DNA from: Bacteroidota bacterium | Lineage (GTDB): Bacteria > Bacteroidota > Bacteroidia > 2-12-FULL-35-15 | DNA length: 64,000 bases | Direction of reading: 5' to 3' | Assembly (NCBI GenBank): GCA_029237775.1 | Contig: JAQZBR010000002.1 | Location: forward strand, 713,489 to 777,488 | Shown: positions 10,143 through 20,243 of the stretch, piece after piece | Layout: every line of letters begins with the position of its first letter | How positions within the stretch are numbered: position 1 is the first letter of the stretch | Translations under genes and position numbers: made by a program | Notes under the pieces: model-generated | What the model was told of the DNA's origin: nothing | The model's input: the letters and a program-made list of their open reading frames with translations, nothing else | Database searches by the model: none

Positions 10143-11045
10143 ATGAAAAACATAGCAGTAATCGGATCGGGAACAATGGGTAACGGGATCGCTCATACAT
10201 TTGCACAATGCGGATATAATGTGGCAATGATCGACATTAAGCAGGCTGCGCTTGATAAAGCAATGGCAACCATTTCCAAGAATCTTGACAGGATAGTAGC
10301 GAAAGGAACAATCACTGAAGCTGACAAAGCACAAACAATTAAAAATATCACTACTTATACGGTGATTGCGGAAGGCGTAAAAAACGCTGATCTTGTAGTT
10401 GAAGCAGCAACAGAAAATGTGGAATTAAAGCTGAATATTTTTCGTGAGCTGGATGCAGCATGCAGTCCGGAAACGATCCTTGCAAGCAACACATCATCTA
10501 TATCCATTACAAAGATCGCATCGGTAACTAAACGTGCCGATAAAGTGATCGGAATGCACTTCATGAACCCGGTTCCGGTGATGAAGCTGGTAGAAGTTAT
10601 AAGAGGTTATTCTACTTCGGATAATGTTACTTCCACCATCATGGAAATGTCGAAGAAGCTCGGAAAGATTCCTGTTGAAGTAAACGATTATCCTGGCTTT
10701 GTTGCCAACAAGATCCTGATGCCAATGATCAACGAAGCAATCATCACATTGCATGAAGGAACAGCAGGTGTTGAAGAAATTGATACAGTTATGAAACTTG
10801 GTATGGCTCATCCGATGGGACCATTGCAGCTGGCTGATTTTATCGGTCTGGACGTTTGTCTTTCGATATTGAAAGTACTACAGGATGGTTACGGAAATCC
10901 TAAATATGCGCCATGCCCTTTATTGGTAAACATGGTAACTGCCGGACACCTTGGCGCTAAATCGGGAGAAGGGTTCTATAAATATACTGCTGGATCCAAG
11001 GAACTGGTAGTATCGGATATGTTTAAGAAAAAAGAATTGGTTTAA
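10143..11045 (+). CDS. hbd: 3-hydroxybutyryl-CoA / 3-hydroxyacyl-CoA dehydrogenase
   Basis: N-terminal 'IAVIGSGTMGNGIAH' NAD-binding motif with full-length HCDH-family similarity. Confidence 0.85.
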   Translation: MKNIAVIGSGTMGNGIAHTFAQCGYNVAMIDIKQAALDKAMATISKNLDRIVAKGTITEADKAQTIKNITTYTVIAEGVKNADLVVEAATENVELKLNIFRELDAACSPETILASNTSSISITKIASVTKRADKVIGMHFMNPVPVMKLVEVIRGYSTSDNVTSTIMEMSKKLGKIPVEVNDYPGFVANKILMPMINEAIITLHEGTAGVEEIDTVMKLGMAHPMGPLQLADFIGLDVCLSILKVLQDGYGNPKYAPCPLLVNMVTAGHLGAKSGEGFYKYTAGSKELVVSDMFKKKELV

Positions 11046-11052
11046 TTATAAA

Positions 11053-11124
11053 GGTTTCAAGTTTGAAGTTTCAGGTTCTGTGATTTAAAAAACACAGGAC
11101 TTGTTCAACCTCAAACTTGAAACC
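11053..11124. terminator. long imperfect palindrome (~30-bp arms) between convergent hbd and DUF4294 genes; likely bidirectional terminator
   Basis: GGTTTCAAGTTTGAAGTTTCAGGTTCTGTG...CACAGGACTTGTTCAACCTCAAACTTGAAACC with central loop ATTTAAAAAA. Confidence 0.6.
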
Positions 11125-11137
11125 TCAAACCATTGAT

Positions 11138-11740
11138 TTAAAAATCCCCATTCTCCACCAACCTGATCGCCTCTTCAATAGCTTTATCATTTCCCTGCGG
11201 ATCGTATTCAGCTTTTAAGTTACTTCCAAACATCAGAGCAACTCCCTGGTACATAAAGGCAGAAAAAGAACCACGCATTTCTTTTACTACGGTATAGGTG
11301 GTTTTACCAGTTTCACGATCGATAAGTTTGATCAAAATCCTGCCCTGACTTTCGGTCAACTGTTTTAACTGTTCAGTAAATTCATCCTTTAATTGTTTCT
11401 CAACCAGTTTCGTATATTTTGCACGGTCCGATTCCGACATCTGGGCAAGGATCCTGTCGTATTCTTTTAGCTTTGCTGCAGCCAATATTGCGTAGGGATA
11501 AACCTTTTTTACGTTATATTTTGTGCGGTCCCAGGCTGCTTGCTGACGCCTATTTTTAAATGTTCTTTCAGTGTAACATTTAACAGGATTTAACACAACA
11601 TAGGGAATAGTATCGCCTTCATAAACTACAGTGCGAACTGCGGTTCCGACAACAGGTGTCCCGGGCGCTTTAGGATCGCTTGTCTGGGCGAGTGATGGAA
11701 GGGCCAGGAACAGAAGAAATATCAAAAATTTGTTTGCCAT
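11138..11740 (-). CDS. hypothetical secreted protein (DUF4294-like)
   Basis: Signal peptide follows the internal Met (MANKFLIFLLFLALPSLAQ); the ORF-track start is at 11770. Confidence 0.4.
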   Translation of the reverse strand: MANKFLIFLLFLALPSLAQTSDPKAPGTPVVGTAVRTVVYEGDTIPYVVLNPVKCYTERTFKNRRQQAAWDRTKYNVKKVYPYAILAAAKLKEYDRILAQMSESDRAKYTKLVEKQLKDEFTEQLKQLTESQGRILIKLIDRETGKTTYTVVKEMRGSFSAFMYQGVALMFGSNLKAEYDPQGNDKAIEEAIRLVENGDF

Positions 11741-11862
11741 TTGGCTTAGGAATACAAATGATGTACCCAATTTGTAATATAACGTAGTAAATGTGAGAAA
11801 GTTATTTGATATAAACAGAGATTTCTATTTCCTATCTAAATAAAGAGTAGCTTTGATAAGCT

Positions 11863-13179
11863 ATGAAAAACTTATTCCTATTTATATTTTTCATTCTGAC
11901 GTTATTTAGTCACGCTCAAATATGGTCACCTGTAGGAACAGGGACTAACCAAGTTGTTTCCTCGCTGATGGTTCATAATGGTGAATTGTATGCAGGCGGT
12001 AACTTCACTGTCGTGGATGGTACTCCCATAGACCTTTTTGCGAAATGGAATGAAATTTCCTGGTCACCTATTGGTACCGGAGCAAATAACGCAGGCGGTG
12101 GAATTGTTACAACAACAGTTTATAATTCCGATATTTATGTAGGTGGAGGGTTTATGGATATGGACGGTGTTTCTGCACGCAATATTGGGAAATGGAACGG
12201 GATTTCATGGTCGGGGTTGGGTTCCGGAACTTCAAGCGTTGGAGGACCGGACTTTGTTACAGCTCTTTATGTTTACAATAATGAATTATATGTTGGTGGC
12301 TATTTCACTTTAATGAATAACATTCAGGTGTATAGAATCGCCAAATGGAATGGCACCAGCTGGAGCACTGTAGGTTCTGGGATGAATGGTGGACAATCAT
12401 GTAATACCTGCTACGTCTCTGCTTTTATGGCATTCAACGGTGAGCTGTATGCGGGAGGGATTTTTTCAATAGCAGGGGGTGTTCCTGCAAACAATATAGC
12501 CAAATGGAATGGCACAAGCTGGTCCGCTGTTGGAGGCGGAATTAATGGGCCAGTGTCTTCTTTAATTATTTATAACGGAGAGCTATATGTCGGTGGCTCA
12601 TTTAATGCCGGTAGTGCTAATCCAAATCAGGTGGTTAAATGGAATGGGTCTGCGTGGATAGCTGTCGGAACTGGTATGAACGGAAGTGTGAATGCATTAG
12701 CTGTTTACGGAAATGCACTTTATGCCGGTGGCCAATTTACGATGGCAGATGGGGCCCCTGCCGCGCATATCGCGAGATGGAATGGGACTTCCTGGGACCC
12801 TCTTGGAGCAGGTATAGATAACACTGTAAAAACATTATGTGTGTACAACAATGCGCTATATGCCGGAGGCCTTTTTACATCTGCTGGTGGTAATCCCGCT
12901 AATAATATTGCAAAATGGTCAGAGCCAGTTGGTATTTCAGAAGCTGAAAACAATGACTTTAACATATCTCCAAATCCTGTAAACAATAAAATTCAACTAA
13001 ATTCTTTCGCTTTTAAAACAAAAGAAATTCTGTTGTTAAATGTTGAAGGTAAAATCATAAAAAGAAGCACTGAAAATATTTCTGAACTCGATGTGTCAGA
13101 CCTTCCTTCCGGATTTTATTTTTTAAAGCTGTTGGGAGATTCTAAAGTGGTCAATAAGAAAATTGTTGTTCAGCATTAG
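11863..13179 (+). CDS. T9SS C-terminal-sorting-domain protein with beta-propeller-like repeats
   Basis: Signal peptide, then 6-7 tandem ~50-aa repeats each carrying 'KWNG(T/I)SWS..G.G' and 'ELY(A/V)GG.F'. Ends in a ~80-aa Por/T9SS CTD ('ISPNPVNNKIQLN...FYFLKL...VVNKKIVVQH'). Confidence 0.65.
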   Translation: MKNLFLFIFFILTLFSHAQIWSPVGTGTNQVVSSLMVHNGELYAGGNFTVVDGTPIDLFAKWNEISWSPIGTGANNAGGGIVTTTVYNSDIYVGGGFMDMDGVSARNIGKWNGISWSGLGSGTSSVGGPDFVTALYVYNNELYVGGYFTLMNNIQVYRIAKWNGTSWSTVGSGMNGGQSCNTCYVSAFMAFNGELYAGGIFSIAGGVPANNIAKWNGTSWSAVGGGINGPVSSLIIYNGELYVGGSFNAGSANPNQVVKWNGSAWIAVGTGMNGSVNALAVYGNALYAGGQFTMADGAPAAHIARWNGTSWDPLGAGIDNTVKTLCVYNNALYAGGLFTSAGGNPANNIAKWSEPVGISEAENNDFNISPNPVNNKIQLNSFAFKTKEILLLNVEGKIIKRSTENISELDVSDLPSGFYFLKLLGDSKVVNKKIVVQH

Positions 13180-13182
13180 CAT

Positions 13183-14667
13183 CTAACTTAACCTATTCGC
13201 CTTCCACTTAGAAATCTCTTCCGAAGAACCGGCAGTATCCGTTTTAGCCACTTTCTTAGCGCCCATTAGTCTTGCACCGAACAGCGCTGCGATCTCTGCT
13301 TCATCCTCATTTTCTTTCGCGAGCATTTCAGGCTTGAAATAATGCTTTATGAAATGCGTATCGAAGTTACCGGAAGTGAATGCTTCATGTTTTAAAACGA
13401 ATTTACAGAAAGGCAAGGTCGTCTCCACTCCTACTATCTTGTAATCATCAATTGCACGGATCATTCGGTTGATCGCCTCCTCACGGTCTTTTCCGTAGGA
13501 GATCAGCTTCGAGATCATCGGGTCATAATAGATAGGGATGTCCATTCCTTCTTCAAAACCATCATCAACACGCACTCCCAAACCTTGCGGACGCTGATAG
13601 GTCACTAATTTTCCGATATCCGGAAGGAAGTTATTTGTTGGGTCTTCTGCATAAACACGTACTTCAACACTGTGTCCGTGAATCTTGAGATCCTCCTGCT
13701 TAAATGATAATTTTTCTCCTCTTGCAACTTTGATCTGCTCTTTTACAAGATCTATCCCGGTGATCATTTCCGTTACCGGATGCTCCACCTGCAAACGGGT
13801 GTTCATTTCCAGGAAATAGAAATTCTTATTTTCATCGAGCAAAAACTCAACTGTCCCTGCACCTGTATAATCGCATGCTTTACCAACATTCACAGCACAC
13901 TCACCCATTGCTTTGCGGATCTCAGGTGTTAAAACTGAAGAAGGAGCTTCTTCTATCACCTTCTGATGGCGTCTTTGAACAGAGCATTCACGCTCAAAAA
14001 GGTAAACGATATTACCGTGAGTATCACCAAGGATCTGGATCTCTATGTGACGAGGGCCGGCAACATATCGCTCAATAAAAACAGAGCCATCTCCAAAGGC
14101 TGATGTGGCTTCACTTACAGCAAGCTTCATCTGCTCTTCAAATTCTTCGATCTTCTCCACTATCCTCATTCCCTTTCCTCCTCCTCCGGCACTAGCCTTG
14201 ATCAACAAAGGAAATCCTGTAGCCAATGCCACTTTTTTCCCTTCTTCCACACTATCAATAGCACCTTCAGAACCCGGAACCATTGGGATCTTATATTTTT
14301 TCGCTGCCGCCTTAGCAGAAAGCTTATCACCCATCATATCCATCGCTTCAGGTGATGGGCCGATGAAGATCAAACCCGCTTTCTTCACGGCTGCTGCGAA
14401 TTCGGCATTCTCAGACAAAAAGCCGTATCCGGGGTGAATTCCGTCTACGTTCAGCTCCTTACATACTTTTATGATCTTATCACCCAACAGGTACGACTGA
14501 TTTGAAGGTGGCGGCCCGATACAGACAGCCTCATCAGCGTATTTTACGAATGGAGCATTACGGTCAGCTTCAGAATAAACTGCAACTGTTTTTATACCCA
14601 TCTCACGGCATGAACGCATTACTCTTAAAGCGATTTCACCCCTGTTGGCAACTAGAATCTTGTTCAT
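13183..14667 (-). CDS. accC: acetyl-CoA carboxylase biotin carboxylase subunit
   Basis: 'MNKILVANRGEIALRV', an ATP-grasp core and the 'EMNTRLQVEHPVTE' biotin carboxylase signature. Confidence 0.85.
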   Translation of the reverse strand: MNKILVANRGEIALRVMRSCREMGIKTVAVYSEADRNAPFVKYADEAVCIGPPPSNQSYLLGDKIIKVCKELNVDGIHPGYGFLSENAEFAAAVKKAGLIFIGPSPEAMDMMGDKLSAKAAAKKYKIPMVPGSEGAIDSVEEGKKVALATGFPLLIKASAGGGGKGMRIVEKIEEFEEQMKLAVSEATSAFGDGSVFIERYVAGPRHIEIQILGDTHGNIVYLFERECSVQRRHQKVIEEAPSSVLTPEIRKAMGECAVNVGKACDYTGAGTVEFLLDENKNFYFLEMNTRLQVEHPVTEMITGIDLVKEQIKVARGEKLSFKQEDLKIHGHSVEVRVYAEDPTNNFLPDIGKLVTYQRPQGLGVRVDDGFEEGMDIPIYYDPMISKLISYGKDREEAINRMIRAIDDYKIVGVETTLPFCKFVLKHEAFTSGNFDTHFIKHYFKPEMLAKENEDEAEIAALFGARLMGAKKVAKTDTAGSSEEISKWKANRLS

Positions 14668-14709
14668 AAAATGTTGATTAATAAATTCTTGTCATAGCCC
14701 CTCAAAAAA

Positions 14710-14717
14710 TATATTTG
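14710..14717 (+). promoter_or_regulatory. -7 promoter box TATATTTG upstream of the Lys-rich secreted protein gene
   Basis: TAnnTTTG match in the accC-divergent intergenic region. Confidence 0.4.
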
Positions 14718-14837
14718 TGAAAGGACATTTACACTAGCATTCTTACAAACCTAAATAAAAAAGTGGTACTTAAAACCATTTTTTTTATCAATTATAAACA
14801 GCCGGATTTCCAAAAAAAACGAATTAATAATCACCCG

Positions 14838-17237
14838 ATGATCAGAAGAATTACCCTTTTTATTTTACTTGTTTCCCTGCATACGATCAGCTTTGCACAA
14901 AAGAAATCCAAAAAAGAACCTGAAGAAAAAAAGACCATTGAAACCGCTGAAGCTGAAAAGATGATCCTTGAAGAGCTTAATAAGATCCGCACTGCAGCCG
15001 GGCTGGACATATTCGAGACGAATGAGATACTTTCCCGGGCAAGTTCTATTCAGGCAGAGGATATGGCGAAGAATGGCAAAGCCTCACTGGAGAACAGCAG
15101 CGGGAAATATAAAACAACAGCGAAAAGAGTTGTTGCAGTGGGTGGCACAAAGAACGCAGAAGAGACTGTTCTTTCCGTTTCTGCATTAAAGGGAAAGGCC
15201 GCTGCGAGTCCGAAAGATATAGCGGATGCTGTGATCGCTAAATGGAAGATCGGTAAAAAGGAACTGGTGATCATTAAAAACGGCAGTTATGTGTTTGCCA
15301 GTCCGAGCGTAAAGCTGGATGCAACTGGCAAAAAGGCTTTCATCTCTGTGGTTTATGGCGGGTTCAATATCGTAAATGACGGAGCAAAAAAGAAGAAAGA
15401 GTTAAAGATGCCTTACACAGCCAAGAATAAAAAGATCAAACCTGCTGATGTACGTGCATGCAAGAACTGTGAAAAATTCAAAGATTATGATGGCTTGCAA
15501 AAAGGCTTGTATGTGAAGGACAACAAGGTCTATCTGAAATATGCGAACCTGAAGAATTTTTCCAAATTGATCAAAAAACCTGCTGATGGACTGGCAATAG
15601 ATTTCGTTCAGAAAGCTCAATACAGTAATCCGTCATACAACATTTACGACAATAATTTATTGAGCAAAGGTGTACTACAAAAAACGGTTACCAAGGACAA
15701 GATCTACAGCAAGAATCTGGTGAAGCCTGAAAAGAAAGGCAAGAAAGTAAGCAAGTTGGATGTTCAACTTGCAACTATACCAAAAGGGTTAGCGGGTGAA
15801 TACGAAATGAATCTTTTAGTGATCCAGGATGGAAAGCTATGTAAGACCATTCGCAAATCGTATATCGAGCAGGGAGATCAGGAATCGAGCTCACCTCTGA
15901 ACATGCTTCTGATGCCGGAAGATGCCGCGTATACGAAACCGCCATTTGAGCCAAAATCGGAATCAACTTTATTGAATTTTTCTATTCCGTTTGAAAAGAA
16001 TAAATCGGATTATAAAGAAGCTGACCTTGTACCCTTCCTGAATGCATTACAGGAGCCGGATTTTTTCATTGAAGGAATGTACATTACTGCCTATTCATCA
16101 ATTGAGGGAGACGCCAGCTCCAATGCGACTTTACAAAAAAAACGTGCAGAAAGCATTATCAAGGCTTTATCGAAAATGCAGAAATCCGGAGTTGTGACGA
16201 ATGTTAAAACTAGCGATTCCTGGAGCCTTTTTCAGATGGAAGCCGAAGATGGCAAGTACGATTATCTGACCAAGATGACCAAAGAGAAAGCGATCCAGGA
16301 GATCAATTCAAAAGGCTTAGCCCCGGAGCTTGAGCCTATCCTCGCAAAAGAGCGTTTCGCCCAAATTGTAATGGATGTGACTTATGACATTGCCGGAGCG
16401 AAAGAGGAAAAATTCTCCGTGAGTAAATTTAATCAGGCTGTAAAAAAAGGCGATATAAAACAAGCGTACAAGATCCAGTATTACATCGGAAAACAAATTC
16501 AAAATCAGAAATACACAGCGGAGGCACAGGTAAACATGAGCATTCCGGCAGAAGCGAAATATTCAGGCTTGCTGAATAATCAGATCGTGAACAATTACAT
16601 GATCAATAACAATGTGGTTGATGACGAAGATTATGTTGCAATGAAAAAACTTGCAACAGTAGATCCTGCGAACAACTATATCAAATTCAATAACCTCTTC
16701 TGCGCTGTTAAATTAGACAGTACAATCGGTGATAAGAAAGCGCAGGATGACATGCAGGCAAAAATTGAAGGCTTGTACAAAAGTGAGATCCCTAAAAAAT
16801 ATGTGGATGCACTGAATACTGAATGGCAGTTCAGGATCATTGAAGTTTATGACACACTGGAATCAGGCCAGCAGGTGGTGGAAACATGTATCAACAGGAT
16901 CAAATCCTTCTACAATTTCAAGGATGGTTCATGGCAGAATGCTCTTAAGTTATCATACATTTTTGCCCGCTTTAAAGACTATAAATTCGCTGCAAAAATT
17001 CTTGAGCCATTTGTAAAAGAAGGAAAGCCTGACGAAAAATTATTGTTCGCATACGCTTCTTTCTGCGCCCAGGAACCTGAACTGATTAATTCAAGAATGT
17101 TTGTAACGGGGCTAAAGAAAGCGGAGCAAGTGAATCATGATCGTTACTGTAAGTTGTTCGGACAGCCGTTTCTGACTTTCCAGATCTTAGACAATCCGCT
17201 AGTTAAACAGGACTACAACAAGGCCGGGTGTAAATAA
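14838..17237 (+). CDS. hypothetical secreted Lys-rich protein (~800 aa) with an OmpA-like segment
   Basis: Signal peptide at the ATG (MIRRITLFILLVSLHTISFAQ); the ORF-track start at 14763 is a GTG. ~18% Lys. Central region 'FFIEGMYITAYSSIEGDASSNATLQKKRAESIIKAL' resembles the OmpA-C motif. Confidence 0.45.
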   Translation: MIRRITLFILLVSLHTISFAQKKSKKEPEEKKTIETAEAEKMILEELNKIRTAAGLDIFETNEILSRASSIQAEDMAKNGKASLENSSGKYKTTAKRVVAVGGTKNAEETVLSVSALKGKAAASPKDIADAVIAKWKIGKKELVIIKNGSYVFASPSVKLDATGKKAFISVVYGGFNIVNDGAKKKKELKMPYTAKNKKIKPADVRACKNCEKFKDYDGLQKGLYVKDNKVYLKYANLKNFSKLIKKPADGLAIDFVQKAQYSNPSYNIYDNNLLSKGVLQKTVTKDKIYSKNLVKPEKKGKKVSKLDVQLATIPKGLAGEYEMNLLVIQDGKLCKTIRKSYIEQGDQESSSPLNMLLMPEDAAYTKPPFEPKSESTLLNFSIPFEKNKSDYKEADLVPFLNALQEPDFFIEGMYITAYSSIEGDASSNATLQKKRAESIIKALSKMQKSGVVTNVKTSDSWSLFQMEAEDGKYDYLTKMTKEKAIQEINSKGLAPELEPILAKERFAQIVMDVTYDIAGAKEEKFSVSKFNQAVKKGDIKQAYKIQYYIGKQIQNQKYTAEAQVNMSIPAEAKYSGLLNNQIVNNYMINNNVVDDEDYVAMKKLATVDPANNYIKFNNLFCAVKLDSTIGDKKAQDDMQAKIEGLYKSEIPKKYVDALNTEWQFRIIEVYDTLESGQQVVETCINRIKSFYNFKDGSWQNALKLSYIFARFKDYKFAAKILEPFVKEGKPDEKLLFAYASFCAQEPELINSRMFVTGLKKAEQVNHDRYCKLFGQPFLTFQILDNPLVKQDYNKAGCK

Positions 17238-17240
17238 TAA

Positions 17241-17266
17241 GCAGGAACATTCGGAAATGTTCCTGC
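17241..17266 (+). terminator. perfect 11-bp hairpin 3 nt after the stop of the 800-aa gene (U-tract-less terminator candidate)
   Basis: GCAGGAACATT-cgga-AATGTTCCTGC. Confidence 0.5.
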
Positions 17267-17386
17267 AAATGCTTAATTAACGCTAACCACAGCCATTAAT
17301 TAAACATATTTACCTACGAAGAGAAATCCAAATCAGATTTAGCACATCAACTTTTTATTAGCCTGAGGGCAATTATTCCACAAACA

Positions 17387-18430
17387 ATGATCAATCATCA
17401 ACACGCAAAGCTTCATCAGGTAGCTGTACATAAAGTTGGAAATAAAGGACTGAATGAAGAGATCGTATTTTCAAAGAACACGATCCCTCTGGAGGATGAC
17501 AATACCAATCAGCTTCTTTTAAAATATTTTCTTGGGTCATTTTCAGGTGAAGAAGCATTTGAATTCTTTCACGAAAGTGACCTTGAATTAAATGAAAGCT
17601 ATTCTTTTGCGAGTAAAATATTTAATAATAAGAATTCGCTCTTCGCACAAAGCAAGAGTTTTGCAAAGCACCTTCATCTTTGTTCTGAACACCCGAAGAT
17701 CAAGAACGGGGAGCTTTACGTAGCTTATTTCACCGGAGTGATGTTAGATGATGAGCACAAGGATGTTGTGGGCATCTTCAAATCTGAATCGAAGGAAGAT
17801 TTTCTTAAAGTTGAGCAAAACGGAGAATATTTCGAGATCAATGCGGATGAAGGAATCAGCACCAAAAAACTTGACAAGGGCTGCCTGATTTTTAAAACAG
17901 AGGAAGCAGAAGGTTATAAAGTATTTATTATCGACAACCTGAGCAAGTTCGGAGAAGCTCAATACTGGAAGACAGATTTCCTGAAAGTAAAACCTTGCAG
18001 TGATAAATACCACCACACGAAGGATTTTCTAAGCATTACGAAAAACTATGTCACGAAGCAGTTAACGGAAGATTTTGAAGTTAACAAAAGTGAGCAGGCT
18101 GCTATCCTCAACCGTTCCATGGAATATTTTAAAAGTCACGACAACTTCGATAAGAAAGAATTTGAAGAAGAGGTTTTTCAGGATCCCGGAGTGATCAAGT
18201 CATTCAGAAAGTATGATGATGAATATCGTGAGAATCATAACATAGAACTTGAAGATGAATTTGAGATCTCGCCTGAAGCCGTAAAAAAGCAAGCGCGTAT
18301 CTTCAAAAGCATTATCAAGCTTGACAAGAATTTCCATATTTATGTTCATGGCGCCCAGGACATGATAGAGCAGGGAGTTGATAAAGATGGAAGGAAATTT
18401 TATAAGATCTATTTTGAGAAGGAGATGTAA
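17387..18430 (+). CDS. nucleoid-associated protein, NdpA/YejK (NA37) family-like
   Basis: 347 aa. N-terminal 'KLHQVAVHKVGNK' resembles the YejK N-terminus and the overall size fits. Assigned from memory; no HMM was run. Confidence 0.4.
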   Translation: MINHQHAKLHQVAVHKVGNKGLNEEIVFSKNTIPLEDDNTNQLLLKYFLGSFSGEEAFEFFHESDLELNESYSFASKIFNNKNSLFAQSKSFAKHLHLCSEHPKIKNGELYVAYFTGVMLDDEHKDVVGIFKSESKEDFLKVEQNGEYFEINADEGISTKKLDKGCLIFKTEEAEGYKVFIIDNLSKFGEAQYWKTDFLKVKPCSDKYHHTKDFLSITKNYVTKQLTEDFEVNKSEQAAILNRSMEYFKSHDNFDKKEFEEEVFQDPGVIKSFRKYDDEYRENHNIELEDEFEISPEAVKKQARIFKSIIKLDKNFHIYVHGAQDMIEQGVDKDGRKFYKIYFEKEM

Positions 18431-18450
18431 CTCCGTAGCAAACGTATTTC

Positions 18451-20238
18451 CTAATACGATTCCCTCAGCTCTGACCTGTATTTAGTCAGTATTGTTGATT
18501 TTGAAAGAAAGCCCACATAGCTCTCTTCGTCCACAACAGGCAAGTTCCATTGTCCGGACTCGTCAAACTTTTTCATGATTGAAAAGATATCATCTTTCTT
18601 AAGCTCGATCTGCGTGCCAGTTTTTCTCATCAGCTCCTTTGCAATTACTTTATCATAGAGGTCCTGGTTAAACATCTCCTCCCGGATATAATCCAGCTGG
18701 ATAATTCCAAGCAATCGCCCGTGTTTGTTTACAACCGGAAAAACGTTTCTTGGTGAATGTTTGATCGTCTCAACTATACTTCTGAGTTTAGAATCCAGCT
18801 CAACAGTGGTAAAGTTTTTTTCAATCATCCCTTCCACTTCTATCTTGCCAAGAATACTTTTGTCTTTATCCTCAGAAATATAAGCGCCCATTTTCTTCAA
18901 ACGCTTTACATCGAGCGAATCGGGATGAAATGATTTCACAAGCGCGTAGCTGCATGCTGAAACAATCATGAGCGGGATCATCAGCTCATAGCCGCCTGTA
19001 ATCTCAGCGATCAAGAAGATCCCAGTGAGAGGAGCGTGAAATACTCCTGCAAGCACACCCGACATAGCAACAATAGTAAAATTAGTGACCGGAATATTTT
19101 CGCAACCAAATAGTTTTAGCAAGAATGAAAATGCAAATCCCAAATATGCCCCGACAAATAAGGTCGGAGCAAAATTACCGCCATTCCCCCCCGAACCCAG
19201 AGTTAAACCTGTAGCAACGCTTTTCAGCAGCATTGTTCCTGTAATAAAGAAAAAGACCTTCCACTTATTATTTATGTAATTTTCAAAAACACTATCCTTG
19301 AACAGGAGGGCTATATTGTTATTGGATAAATCCATGATACTTTCATAACCTTCACCAAAAAGTGATGGAAACATTGCGATCAGGAACCCTAAAAGAACAC
19401 CGCCAACTATTAATCGGTTCAGCGGTTTCTTTATTCTTTTGGAAAGAACAAATTCGGTTTTATCGAAGAAAGTTACATAGTACAATGAAAGGAAACCGGC
19501 AAGCACTCCCAATAAAATATAATAAGGGACATTATAATAATCGAAGGGTTGTTTGAGGCTAAACTTCAATAAAATACCTTCACTCAAAATTATTTTTGAA
19601 GTAAGTGCACCAGAGGCGGAAGCGATCAGCAGAGGAATAAATGCTGTTAAGTTCACACCGACAAGCAATACTTCAAGTGCAAAAAGCAAACCTGCAACCG
19701 GAGCGTTAAATGCCCCTGCGATTCCGCCAGCTGCACCGCATGCTAGCAATAATGTTCTGTCCTTGTAATTTAGTTTATAGGTCCCCGCATAATTTGAACC
19801 GATTGCAGAACCTGTGCTTACGATTGGAGACTCCAATCCCGCAGAACCACCGAAACCAACTGTTACAGCACTTGTAACAAGGTGTGAATACATTTGCGAA
19901 AACGGAAGAAAAGATGCTTTCTTAGCGATGGCAAAAAGGATAGCAGAAGCGCCCCGTTGAATGCTGGTAAAAAAACGTCTGATTATAAATACGGTGATGG
20001 CAATACCCAAAATAGGCAGCAGCAGATACAGATATTTGAAACCTGTAGTGAATATATTCTGCTCCACCACATAATGACGAATAAAGAATACGAAGGATTT
20101 TAAAATAACCGCAGCTAAACCGGCTGAAATTCCGACAAGTGCGCTGGATAAAAGCAGAAACTGCTTTTCACTCAGTCTGCCATGTAACCAGTTCAGAACC
20201 TTCTCCACATAATGTATCCCAACGCCTCTGAACTTCAT
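18451..20238 (-). CDS. ClC family voltage-gated chloride channel / H+-Cl- antiporter with C-terminal CBS domains
   Basis: ClC selectivity motifs 'GSAGLESPIV' and 'GGNFAP', about 10 TM helices and a C-terminal CBS pair. Confidence 0.8.
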   Translation of the reverse strand: MKFRGVGIHYVEKVLNWLHGRLSEKQFLLLSSALVGISAGLAAVILKSFVFFIRHYVVEQNIFTTGFKYLYLLLPILGIAITVFIIRRFFTSIQRGASAILFAIAKKASFLPFSQMYSHLVTSAVTVGFGGSAGLESPIVSTGSAIGSNYAGTYKLNYKDRTLLLACGAAGGIAGAFNAPVAGLLFALEVLLVGVNLTAFIPLLIASASGALTSKIILSEGILLKFSLKQPFDYYNVPYYILLGVLAGFLSLYYVTFFDKTEFVLSKRIKKPLNRLIVGGVLLGFLIAMFPSLFGEGYESIMDLSNNNIALLFKDSVFENYINNKWKVFFFITGTMLLKSVATGLTLGSGGNGGNFAPTLFVGAYLGFAFSFLLKLFGCENIPVTNFTIVAMSGVLAGVFHAPLTGIFLIAEITGGYELMIPLMIVSACSYALVKSFHPDSLDVKRLKKMGAYISEDKDKSILGKIEVEGMIEKNFTTVELDSKLRSIVETIKHSPRNVFPVVNKHGRLLGIIQLDYIREEMFNQDLYDKVIAKELMRKTGTQIELKKDDIFSIMKKFDESGQWNLPVVDEESYVGFLSKSTILTKYRSELRESY

Positions 20239-20243
20239 GGTGC

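Noticed and set aside
13875-14437. ORFs of 67 and 110 aa antisense within accC, and similar embedded ORFs inside other genes such as 10494..10811, 19085..19768 and 41037..41837.
   Set aside because: They lie entirely within the opposite or alternate frames of well-supported long genes, have low-complexity translations and no start context. They are shadow ORFs.
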